From an uncultured Gammaproteobacteria bacterium (lineage in GTDB: Bacteria; Patescibacteriota; Microgenomatia; Levybacterales; UBA12049), in assembly GCA_964533055.1 (NCBI GenBank), contig CAZHKZ010000002.1, forward strand, positions 8,129 through 72,128: a DNA stretch of 64,000 bases. Reading direction: 5' to 3'. The first letter of the stretch is position 1; each line of letters starts with the position of its first letter. Positions 27,961 through 36,547 of the stretch are shown here, in pieces. The notes under the pieces are model-generated. The model had not been told where the DNA came from. It did not search any database and was given only the letters and a program-made list of their open reading frames with translations. The position numbers and the translations under genes are program-made.

Positions 27961-29806
27961 GCTTCTTACGCTAGTTGTCCCGACCTATAAACAAGAAAAA
28001 ACCATTTTAAGAAACATTAAGAAGTTACAAGCTTCGGTTAGAAACCTTCCATTCAAAACAGAAATTATTGTTGTAATAGATGGTCACCTCGATAAGACTC
28101 CACAAATCTTAAAAAATATTCAATCTAAAAGCCTTAGAATTATTGGGTATCCAGAAAATCAGGGAAAAGGATTTGCAGTTCGCTATGGGATGCTGCAAGG
28201 TAAAGGGGATGTAATTGGATTCATTGATGGAGATTTAGATATTAACCCTACAGGTATTTCAATGTTGATTAATCATCTTCAGTGGTATGACGCAGATATT
28301 GTTATTGGGAGTAAGCTTCATCCTGTATCTCAGGTTGATTATCCAGTTTTTAGAAAAATACTTTCATGGGGATATAGGAATCTTATACGTTTGCTTTTTG
28401 GGTTAAAGGTCAGAGATTCACAGGTTGGACTGAAACTTTTTAGGAGAAAAGTAGTTATGGATGTTTTCCCGAGACTACTAGTTAAGAAATTTGCATTTGA
28501 TATTGAGGCATTAGCTGTTTCGCATCACTTAGGTTACAAGAGAATATTTGAAGCCCCCATTAGATTAGAGTTTAAATATTTGAGTAATCTCAATGCGAAA
28601 ACATTTTGGAAGACTATATTATTTATGAGTTGGGACACAATGGCTGTATTCTATCGACTTCATATTTTGAACTATTACAACGAATCTAGGAAATTATCCA
28701 ACGCTAAAAAAATTGTAATATTTAACTGGAGAGATATTAAGAATCCTTTATCAGGTGGAGCTGAAATACTCACCCATGAAATTGCTAAAGGCTTAGTTGC
28801 TGAAGGTAATACAGTGACAATCTTTTGTTCTCATTTTAAGAAAGGTAAAAGAAGAGAGATGATTGACGGAGTATTAATTATTAGACAAGGAAATCCCGAT
28901 ATTCGATCGTTGTTTAACTCTGTCCACTGGAAGGCATTTCGTTATTACTCAAGATATCTAAAAGGAAATGTCAATGTTGTTATAGACGAAATACACGGTG
29001 TACCATTTTTTACAAGATTATATGTTAAGGAAAGAATTGTTGTTTTAATATGCGAGGTTGCAAATAATGTTTGGGATACAGCATTTTCTTTTCCATGGAA
29101 TATACTGGGTAAATATTCTGAAAAATTGTTTATTAATTTTTATCGTGGACTTGCTTTCTTCACCATTTCACAATCAACTAAAAAAGATTTAGTCGATATT
29201 GGGATTTCAGCTGAGTCTATAAAAGTTATCCCAATGGGCATATCAACATATAAGTTGCCCAAAGTCAAAAAGGAGACGTATCCTACAGCAATTTTTGTTG
29301 CGCGCATTAATAAAATGAAAGGAATAGAAGACGCAATTGAAGCTTGGAAAACCGTATGTAATAAATATCCCAAAGCAATGCTTTGGGTGGTGGGAAAAGG
29401 AGATGAAAATTACCTTAACTATTTGGGTAAAAAAATTAAGTTATTAAAGCTTGAGAACAATATTCAGTTCCACGGTTACATTTCTGAAGAGAAAAAATTT
29501 AAACTTTTGGCAAAGGCTCACTTTATTGTCTCCCCATCAATTAGAGAAGGTTTCGGTCTAACAATTCCAGAAGCTGGATCAGTATTCACGCCAGCAGTTA
29601 TTTATGATGCGCCAGGCTTGAGGGAATTGGTTGATTCCACAAACGGAATTAGGTTGAAAAAAAATTCTGTAGAAGAATTGTCTAAAGCGATGTTATCGAT
29701 GTTTTCTAGTAGCCAAAAAACCTTAAGAATGGGTAGACATGCTTATAGAAAAAGTATAATATATAGGTGGGAAAATACAGTAAATTCTTTTAAGGAAGCA
29801 ATATAA
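27947..29806 (+). CDS. Bifunctional glycosyltransferase: N-terminal DPM1/GtrB-like GT2 fused to C-terminal GT4
   Basis: The N-terminal roughly 230 aa read LTLVVPTYKQEK...VVIDGHLDKT...NQGKGFAVRYGMLQGKGDVIGFIDGDLDINP. The C-terminal region carries the GT4 motif EGFGLTIPEAGSVFTPAVIYDAPGLRELVDS. It is a single 619-aa ORF. Confidence 0.7.
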   Translation: MEKIKLLTLVVPTYKQEKTILRNIKKLQASVRNLPFKTEIIVVIDGHLDKTPQILKNIQSKSLRIIGYPENQGKGFAVRYGMLQGKGDVIGFIDGDLDINPTGISMLINHLQWYDADIVIGSKLHPVSQVDYPVFRKILSWGYRNLIRLLFGLKVRDSQVGLKLFRRKVVMDVFPRLLVKKFAFDIEALAVSHHLGYKRIFEAPIRLEFKYLSNLNAKTFWKTILFMSWDTMAVFYRLHILNYYNESRKLSNAKKIVIFNWRDIKNPLSGGAEILTHEIAKGLVAEGNTVTIFCSHFKKGKRREMIDGVLIIRQGNPDIRSLFNSVHWKAFRYYSRYLKGNVNVVIDEIHGVPFFTRLYVKERIVVLICEVANNVWDTAFSFPWNILGKYSEKLFINFYRGLAFFTISQSTKKDLVDIGISAESIKVIPMGISTYKLPKVKKETYPTAIFVARINKMKGIEDAIEAWKTVCNKYPKAMLWVVGKGDENYLNYLGKKIKLLKLENNIQFHGYISEEKKFKLLAKAHFIVSPSIREGFGLTIPEAGSVFTPAVIYDAPGLRELVDSTNGIRLKKNSVEELSKAMLSMFSSSQKTLRMGRHAYRKSIIYRWENTVNSFKEAI

Positions 29807-29807
29807 T

Positions 29808-30965
29808 ATGAGAAAATTTATACATTTTACACAACCATTGTTTGGCAAAGAGGAAAGAAAGGAAGTCTTAGATGCTATGGCAAGCGGTTGGGTAACATTG
29901 GGGCCCAAAACAAAGCAATTTGAAGAAGATTTTGCTAAATATGTTGATGCTAAGTTTGCGATAGGCGTTACATCATGTACTGCAGGCCTTCATTTATCTC
30001 TTGTTGCTGCAGGTATTGGGTCAGGTGATGAAGTAATCACAACTCCATTTACATTTGTTGCCTCAGTTAACGTGATAGAGCATGTTGGGGCAAAGCCAGT
30101 CTTTGTTGATGTAGAAAAGGATTCCTTTCTCATGGATGCTGATCAGATTGAAAAGGTAATTACAAAAAAAACAAAAGCTATCATCCCTGTTCACTATGGT
30201 GGGCAAGCAGTAGATATGAGAAAAATTATGAAGATCGCTAAAAAACATAATTTAGTCGTTATTGAGGATGCTGCACATGCAACTGGTGCAATGTTTAACG
30301 GTCAAAAAATTGGAACCCACGGAGATTTTGTAAATTTTTCCTTCCATCCAGTTAAAAATATGTCAACCGGTGATGGGGGAATGATAACTACAAACAATCA
30401 AAAATACGCTGAGATTCTTAGCCAACTTAGACTGCATGGTATGAGCAAAGATGCCTGGAAGCGTCATTCAGCAAGCGGTTCATGGAAATATGACATTGTC
30501 TCTCCTGGTTATAAGTACAATATGACAGACATACAGTCAGCTCTTGGGATTCAGCAGTTAAAGAAACTGCCGTCTTTCATCAAAACAAGACAAAAATACG
30601 CCAAAATCTATGATGATTTGTTTATCAATACACCTGAAATATCTATCCCAGCTGTTTTACGCAAGGGAGAGCATATTTATAGTCTTTATACGGTTAAAAT
30701 CAATTCTGCAAATCTATCTATTGATAGGGATGAGATTATTGAATTATTAAAAGAAGCTCAAATTGGACCGAGTGTGTACTTTATTCCTGTGCATCACTTT
30801 ACCTACTATAAAGATAAATATAAATTTAATCCAAAGAAATTCCCTGTAACAGAGGAGATTTTTACACAGATTATTTCTTTGCCGTTGTACCCAGGGATGA
30901 AAGAAGCAGATATCAGATATGTTGCTAATCAACTCGTATCAATTATTTCTTCACATAGAAAATGA
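29808..30965 (+). CDS. DegT/DnrJ/EryC1/StrS-family PLP-dependent nucleotide-sugar aminotransferase
   Basis: Reads VTLGPKTKQFEEDFAKYV...AIGVTSCTAGLHL, with the PLP-lysine context FSFHPVKNMSTGDGGMITTNN. 385 aa. Confidence 0.85.
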   Translation: MRKFIHFTQPLFGKEERKEVLDAMASGWVTLGPKTKQFEEDFAKYVDAKFAIGVTSCTAGLHLSLVAAGIGSGDEVITTPFTFVASVNVIEHVGAKPVFVDVEKDSFLMDADQIEKVITKKTKAIIPVHYGGQAVDMRKIMKIAKKHNLVVIEDAAHATGAMFNGQKIGTHGDFVNFSFHPVKNMSTGDGGMITTNNQKYAEILSQLRLHGMSKDAWKRHSASGSWKYDIVSPGYKYNMTDIQSALGIQQLKKLPSFIKTRQKYAKIYDDLFINTPEISIPAVLRKGEHIYSLYTVKINSANLSIDRDEIIELLKEAQIGPSVYFIPVHHFTYYKDKYKFNPKKFPVTEEIFTQIISLPLYPGMKEADIRYVANQLVSIISSHRK

Positions 30966-31708
30966 AATATTCATGGAGAGTCCTTGAATTTGATTCTAGA
31001 ATATTTGGACTCACTTTCGCCAAAGTCCTCCTTTCAGATTCTGGAGACCATACGGATGAAGATATTGCAATTTTAATCAATGAACTAGTCGAGCAAGGAG
31101 TGTCCTATGCAAGCGTACGAATTCCAATAACTAATTTGGAAGCAGTACATCAATTTGAGAAGAACTCCTTTGTTTTAGTCGACTCACTTGTCGCGTTAAG
31201 CAAAAAAATTGACGATCAAACACCGGATCCTATCGAAAATGAAAATATAAGAAGAGCAAAGATTGAAGATCTTGAGATGCTAAAACAAATTGCAGAGGAT
31301 TCAATGGTGGAGAATAGATTTTACAGAGATCCTTTTTTTAAGAAAATGCTTCGAAAGGTTCGAAAGATATACTCTGGATGGATTGAAAATTCATTCAAAA
31401 AAATAGTAGCTGATGAAATTTTGGTTTATTTAAAAAACAATATTCCAGTTGGGTTCATTGTCCTTGAGAATTCTGGGCATATCCCACTAATAGCAGTTTC
31501 GCAAGAGCATCGGGGGAGTGGTATCGCAAGTACTCTTATTCAGCACGCGGTCGGTCATTTTAAACGTGATAAAATAAGCTTGGTACTGATTGAAGCCATT
31601 CTTGGGAACATCTCTGCGATCAGAGCTTATGAAGCCAATGGCTTTAAGATGACCGGGGGATTCTATACGCTTGCTTGGCATAATGATCACATTACTTCTC
31701 ATAATTAG
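30962..31708 (+). CDS. GNAT N-acetyltransferase with N-terminal extension (WecD/amino-sugar N-acetyltransferase-like)
   Basis: The C-terminal GNAT core reads IAVSQEHRGSGIASTLIQHAV...IRAYEANGFKMTG. The two-domain layout of about 248 aa resembles WecD, and the gene is ATGA-coupled to the aminotransferase. Confidence 0.55.
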   Translation: MKYSWRVLEFDSRIFGLTFAKVLLSDSGDHTDEDIAILINELVEQGVSYASVRIPITNLEAVHQFEKNSFVLVDSLVALSKKIDDQTPDPIENENIRRAKIEDLEMLKQIAEDSMVENRFYRDPFFKKMLRKVRKIYSGWIENSFKKIVADEILVYLKNNIPVGFIVLENSGHIPLIAVSQEHRGSGIASTLIQHAVGHFKRDKISLVLIEAILGNISAIRAYEANGFKMTGGFYTLAWHNDHITSHN

Positions 31709-33167
31709 TGTAATAATTCCAATCCTAGCATTCTTTTTTGAGATTTACCCTAGACTCATCAATAAAAAGATAGGTGTGGATATTTGGACACACCTTTTGT
31801 ACCTTAAAGAATATAAAAAACAAAAAGGTATACCAAATAATATTTCAGATGGGTTTATCATTCCTGGAGGCTATGATTATCCACCAATGTTTATAACATT
31901 GTTATCAAAGTTCTCTATTAGAATTGTTGAGAAATATGAATATCTCTTCTCTCCCTTTTTCGACTTGATACATCTTATAGCTATTTTCTTTATTACGTAT
32001 GTGATCACTGGTGATTTAGCAATGTCATTACTGACACAAGCACTCTATACTCTGACACCAATAATAATTCTTGAGAATTCAAGCGCAACACCTAGATCTC
32101 TTGGGTATCTATTATTTACGCTCTTATTTTTTTCAATTTTTAACTACACAAATAGTGGATATGAATTATTTTTGCTCTTAGCTATCTTATTCGGTTCACT
32201 AATTCTTCTTACACACAGATTCACAACACAGGGATTCTTAATTTATTCTATAGTGTTCTCGCTTGTTGAACTAAATCCTGTGTATATTGAAATTTTTCTT
32301 GGCTCGTTTCTTGGCGCAATTATCTTTTCAAAAGGATTTTATTTGAAGGTATTAGCTGGTCATATAGGAAATTTAAAATTTTGGTATAAAAATATCGAAT
32401 TTAGATTTTTCCATCAGATAAAAGGAGATTATAAATCTCATAAAAGTTCAGATTTCGTATTTAAAATCTACAATCAATTCATAAATATCCCCCCAGTTGT
32501 TCTTGCAGTAACAAATCCTTGGATATTATTTGTATTTCTGTCTATGCTTTTCTATTTTCCATCTGACCCTATTTTACAGAGGTTATTATTATGGATTATG
32601 ATCTCCTACGTTCTTGCGTTAGTTACTATTTGGGTTAAAAAACTTCGATTTTTAGGGGAGGGTCAAAGATATCTTGAGCTATCAGCTTTTCCATCTGCCT
32701 TCTTGGCAGCAAGATTTATACTTCAATATAGAGTGGATAATTTAACTCTTTCGATATATGGGCTAGCAACAATTGTGGGGATTTCCTCGCTTGTAACAAT
32801 CATTGTGATTCAGAGAAAAGCGATAATTAAGGACAGATTGCGAACACTCATTCCAGAGTTAGAGAATATGTATTTATATATCAAAAAAATGAAGAAAAGA
32901 CCAAGAATTCTTTGTATTCCTCATCAAATAACAACAAATACGATTTTTCATACTGGTGCTGATGTTTTTGTTAATGCAAATTATAGGGATATTGAAAAGA
33001 TCTCAGAGGCTTATCCGTTTTTTAGAGTGCCAATCAACAGTTTTATGAAGAAACATAAACTCGATCTAATTTTACTTAATGAAGAATATGCAAAAATCTC
33101 AGATTTAAAAATTAGAGGTTACAAAGTATTGAAGAGATTTGGGAATATCGTTCTGTTATCTATTTAG
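31671..33167 (+). CDS. Uncharacterized polytopic membrane protein (family B, copy 1)
   Basis: 498 aa with about 12 TM helices. Conserved motifs YPRLINKKIGVDIWTHLL, GGYDYPPMF, GEGQRYLELSAFPSAF and PRILCIPHQITTNTIFHTGADVFVNANY. The start could instead be the ATG at 31683. Confidence 0.55.
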   Translation: MLGIMITLLLIISVIIPILAFFFEIYPRLINKKIGVDIWTHLLYLKEYKKQKGIPNNISDGFIIPGGYDYPPMFITLLSKFSIRIVEKYEYLFSPFFDLIHLIAIFFITYVITGDLAMSLLTQALYTLTPIIILENSSATPRSLGYLLFTLLFFSIFNYTNSGYELFLLLAILFGSLILLTHRFTTQGFLIYSIVFSLVELNPVYIEIFLGSFLGAIIFSKGFYLKVLAGHIGNLKFWYKNIEFRFFHQIKGDYKSHKSSDFVFKIYNQFINIPPVVLAVTNPWILFVFLSMLFYFPSDPILQRLLLWIMISYVLALVTIWVKKLRFLGEGQRYLELSAFPSAFLAARFILQYRVDNLTLSIYGLATIVGISSLVTIIVIQRKAIIKDRLRTLIPELENMYLYIKKMKKRPRILCIPHQITTNTIFHTGADVFVNANYRDIEKISEAYPFFRVPINSFMKKHKLDLILLNEEYAKISDLKIRGYKVLKRFGNIVLLSI

Positions 33168-34662
33168 AAAGAGATACAAGCTTTACATCACCAGACTCGT
33201 ATACAACTTTCTTCTGTGATAGGCCCAGTTCTTTGAGCGTTGCAAAGCTTTCTTTTACAAGAGCGTGGGTTAGGTCATATTTCCTTGCTAGTTCATTAAT
33301 AGGCACCGTAAGTATCGGATATACCTCCTGCACTCTCATTAGGCCAGGATTGTCTGCATTTACAAATACTTGTGCTTTCGTGTGATAGATGGTCATTGTT
33401 GTGTTTTGGTGTGGAATACAGACTATTCTAGGCCTGGTATTTTGTTTATTAATAAAAGAAAAGACTTTTTCAAGGTCCGAAGTAATGCTTCTGTTTTTAT
33501 CCTTAATGACCCCCTTTATTTGGATGAATAAAATTACACTTAAATTAAGTAATAAAAGTAGGACAAATAAAACTTTAATCAGCAGTGAGAATGGACTTTT
33601 TAGTAGTTCGAAAAGAAGATATGAAGAAAGTATGGATGATGGAACAGTTGCCATCTCCATATATCTTTGTCCTTCTCCAATTGGCATGAGTTTTTTAGTT
33701 TTCAAAACTACAACACCCAGTACATAGAAAAATATTATCCAGGCTGACATTGCTTGATACAATGGGTTTTGGTGTAGCCAGCCTGCCTGAAACGATAGTA
33801 ATACGCCGAACCCAGACAGTGCCCAGGGATTGAGGCCAAATATAGCTACTGGAGAAAAAACAGACAAGAAAGTATATATTTTATTTACAAAATCAGTTTT
33901 TGTATTTTTTTTGATTACTCCTCTAATTTGATGTGCAAATCTATAATCAAGATTTTTTATCCAAAAATATATATTGAACATGTGTCCCTTCAACACTCTA
34001 ATGTAATATCCTCTTGTTGCTAACATTGCAATTGCAAATCCTAGAAGGAAGCTTTGCATAAAGACCCCGGTATTAAGCAAGAAGGTAAAGAATATTGCAA
34101 TAAATAAAAATGATTGAATAGCAAATCTGTGTGTTAGGAATAGAAGGGAGGTAAAGAGTACACCAAGAATATAAAAGAGAATATTGCCCTGAAAAACAAA
34201 TAATAATAGAGGGACTACTGCAAGTGAAAAATTAAAGTAACCAAGTGATCTTGGTGTAAGGTAGCTATTCTCAATTGCAATCATTGGTGTCAACATATAC
34301 ATTACTTGTGCTGTAAGTGCTAGTAGCTGATTTCCAGTCAGATAATATGCCAAGTAAAAAACGAAGATAACTTGAAGGGAGTCTATAAAGGGGGCAATGA
34401 TGCCCTGAATATGGAGCAATTTAGTTCTAGGTATAAATGATAATATTGTCGGGAATATCGGAGGATAGTCGAAGTATCCTTCAATTAAAAATTGGCCGCC
34501 TAATATTTTTGTAGGAATTCTATGATTATTTTTTCTAATATGGTCAGTTTCTAAAAGTCGAGTCCATACATCCACACCAAAGAGTTTATTAAATAATCTA
34601 GGATATGATTGGAGGATAAAGCTAAGTAAAGGAATGATGAGTGGTAATAATGCTTGTCCCAT
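33160..34662 (-). CDS. Uncharacterized polytopic membrane protein (family B, copy 2; inverted paralog of 31671-33167)
   Basis: 500 aa. Reads YPRLFNKLFGVDVWTRLL, GYFDYPPIF, GEGQRYMEMATVPSSI and PRIVCIPHQNTTMTIYHTKAQVFVNADN, aligning along the full length with copy 1. The two stop codons overlap convergently (8-nt overlap). Confidence 0.55.
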   Translation of the reverse strand: MGQALLPLIIPLLSFILQSYPRLFNKLFGVDVWTRLLETDHIRKNNHRIPTKILGGQFLIEGYFDYPPIFPTILSFIPRTKLLHIQGIIAPFIDSLQVIFVFYLAYYLTGNQLLALTAQVMYMLTPMIAIENSYLTPRSLGYFNFSLAVVPLLLFVFQGNILFYILGVLFTSLLFLTHRFAIQSFLFIAIFFTFLLNTGVFMQSFLLGFAIAMLATRGYYIRVLKGHMFNIYFWIKNLDYRFAHQIRGVIKKNTKTDFVNKIYTFLSVFSPVAIFGLNPWALSGFGVLLSFQAGWLHQNPLYQAMSAWIIFFYVLGVVVLKTKKLMPIGEGQRYMEMATVPSSILSSYLLFELLKSPFSLLIKVLFVLLLLLNLSVILFIQIKGVIKDKNRSITSDLEKVFSFINKQNTRPRIVCIPHQNTTMTIYHTKAQVFVNADNPGLMRVQEVYPILTVPINELARKYDLTHALVKESFATLKELGLSQKKVVYESGDVKLVSLSK

Positions 34663-34675
34663 AGATCTAAACAGA

Positions 34676-34704
34676 ATTATATGGAATAAGGAATTCTAAT
34701 GCAA
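34676..34704 (-). promoter_or_regulatory. Candidate sigma70-type promoter (minus strand TTGCAT-17 nt-TATAAT) for the membrane gene 33160-34662
   Basis: Read on the minus strand, TTGCAT (plus-strand coordinates 34699-34704), a 17-nt spacer, then TATAAT (34676-34681), then 13 nt to the ATG at 34662. It lies in the only intergenic gap longer than 100 nt in the window. Confidence 0.4.
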
Positions 34705-34718
34705 TAACACTTTATTGC
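34701..34718. promoter_or_regulatory. Perfect 7-bp inverted repeat GCAATAA-cact-TTATTGC overlapping the candidate -35 (operator or terminator-like hairpin)
   Basis: gcaataacactttattgc forms a 7-bp stem with a 4-nt loop, between the minus-strand epimerase gene's end and the promoter of the next minus gene. The downstream sequence is not U-rich, so an operator seems at least as likely as an intrinsic terminator. Confidence 0.3.
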
Positions 34719-34795
34719 ACTTAGTATTTGGCCATGAAAATCAAAAATTATCAGATTAGTTGCTCAGAGGAATTTTTCTCCACATCGGATGACAG

Positions 34796-35767
34796 TTAGA
34801 GCAGGTCTTTATATGCAGTTGCTTTCCAGTCATATTTCTTTGCAAGCTTAATCATGTTTGCTATACCATCTTCCATGCTGTATTTTGGTTCGAATCCTAG
34901 TAGCTTTTGAGCTCTCGATATATCTAATGCTCCTCTGAAAACTTGTTGGCTAGTTGGCTCTTTTACTTCATATTCAAATTTTGGAAAATATTTTTTTAAT
35001 GCTTCTGCAAAGTCTGAGGATAACCTGGGTTCACCTCTGGAAATATTGAAAGTTTGATACATAGCACTAGGTGATAATATGCACTTTGTAAATCCATCTG
35101 CAACATCACGTACATCTGAAAAATCTAATGTTTCGCCTCTAACAACCCATGCTGATTTTTTCTGAATTGCTGCATCAAACAAAAGTTGAGTAACTCTATT
35201 TGCAGCATCAGTGTATCCATAAACTGAAGTTGGCCTAACGATAACCCATTCTTTTTTTGATAGTTTGACAAAGTATTCACCTGCTGCTTTTGTTGCGCCA
35301 TAAGTGTTGATTGGATTCAGCATAACGTCTTCTGGTTGTGGAGACTGGGTGAAGTGGCCGTATGACATACTGGAAGAGGTATATATAAATCTTCGTGCCG
35401 ACGGAGAATTTTCAAATGCTTCAAGGACTCTAAGCGTGCCATCCATGTTGATCGGAATCATTGATGATTGGTAATTTGGGAGTGGTCTAGCCATTGGTAG
35501 GCCAGCAAGATGGACTACAATCTCTGGTCTAAATTTATCAAAAGCTGTTTTGAGACTAGTGCTATCCTCAATATTCTCATCGATAATTAGATGTGGAATG
35601 TTTCTGTGAAGAAGCTCTCTGTGTTCTAAGGCAGCTTTATAATAGAGGGGTTTATCAATAAAACTTAAGAATGCATCGTAGACACATATTTTATGACCTA
35701 ACGACATTAGCTGTTCAGCTAGGTAGCTCCCAATGAATCCAGATCCTCCTGTAATTAGTATTTTCAT
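34796..35767 (-). CDS. NAD-dependent nucleotide-sugar epimerase/dehydratase (extended SDR)
   Basis: Reads MKILITGGSGFIGSYLAEQL, with YxxxK as YGATKAAGEYF. 323 aa. The substrate cannot be assigned from sequence. Confidence 0.75.
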   Translation of the reverse strand: MKILITGGSGFIGSYLAEQLMSLGHKICVYDAFLSFIDKPLYYKAALEHRELLHRNIPHLIIDENIEDSTSLKTAFDKFRPEIVVHLAGLPMARPLPNYQSSMIPINMDGTLRVLEAFENSPSARRFIYTSSSMSYGHFTQSPQPEDVMLNPINTYGATKAAGEYFVKLSKKEWVIVRPTSVYGYTDAANRVTQLLFDAAIQKKSAWVVRGETLDFSDVRDVADGFTKCILSPSAMYQTFNISRGEPRLSSDFAEALKKYFPKFEYEVKEPTSQQVFRGALDISRAQKLLGFEPKYSMEDGIANMIKLAKKYDWKATAYKDLL

Positions 35768-35845
35768 CTATTGCAATTTCTATTAAATCTAGTACATTGT
35801 AATAAGAAAACGTTGAGGAATCAATAAGAAGAATTACTTTTCATT

Positions 35846-36547
35846 ATGAAACAGAACAGAATGAAGTACGTCTCAGAAAGAGATGAAAAAAGTCAGATAG
35901 TCCCAGGTCATAAGTATTTATATGACTGGGTAATGAGTAATGTTAAAAAAGGGGAAACGCTAGATATCGGTTGTTGGAATGGGCATCTTGAGTTACTTTT
36001 TAAAGATTCTCAACACCATATTACAGGTATTGATTTAGAGGAAGAACCTTTAAGATTTGCAAGAAAGAAATTTAAAAAATATTCATTTATTCAGGCTGAT
36101 ATTTCAAAACCGCTATCTTTTAAAAGCAAGTCTTTTAATACAGTTTTGTATTTTATGGTTTTGGAGCACATTCCAAAAGGAACTGAATTACAGTCACTAA
36201 AAAATATCAATAAAGTCCTAAAGAAAAACGGCTTATTATTTATGAATACAATGAATGATACCTTTCTCTCAAACCTCCTTGACCCTGCATATATTTTCGG
36301 TCACAGACATTATTCAGAAAAGCGACTTAGATCATTCTTAAAAAAAGCTGGTTTCGAAATTAAAGAGATTCATTATAACGCTGGCTTTTATACGACACTA
36401 CACATATTCCTTTTATATTTTTTTAAACATATTTTAAGACGATCAGAGCCAAGAAATGCATTTCTCGATCGGCTAATGATGAGAGATTATAGAAACAAAG
36501 GCTTTGCTGAGATAGATATTCTTGCAAAAAAAGTCAAAGATTTATGA
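35846..36547 (+). CDS. Class I SAM-dependent methyltransferase
   Basis: SAM motif I TLDIGCWNGHLELLF and the post-I acidic residue; VLYFMVLEHIP. 233 aa. Confidence 0.7.
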   Translation: MKQNRMKYVSERDEKSQIVPGHKYLYDWVMSNVKKGETLDIGCWNGHLELLFKDSQHHITGIDLEEEPLRFARKKFKKYSFIQADISKPLSFKSKSFNTVLYFMVLEHIPKGTELQSLKNINKVLKKNGLLFMNTMNDTFLSNLLDPAYIFGHRHYSEKRLRSFLKKAGFEIKEIHYNAGFYTTLHIFLLYFFKHILRRSEPRNAFLDRLMMRDYRNKGFAEIDILAKKVKDL

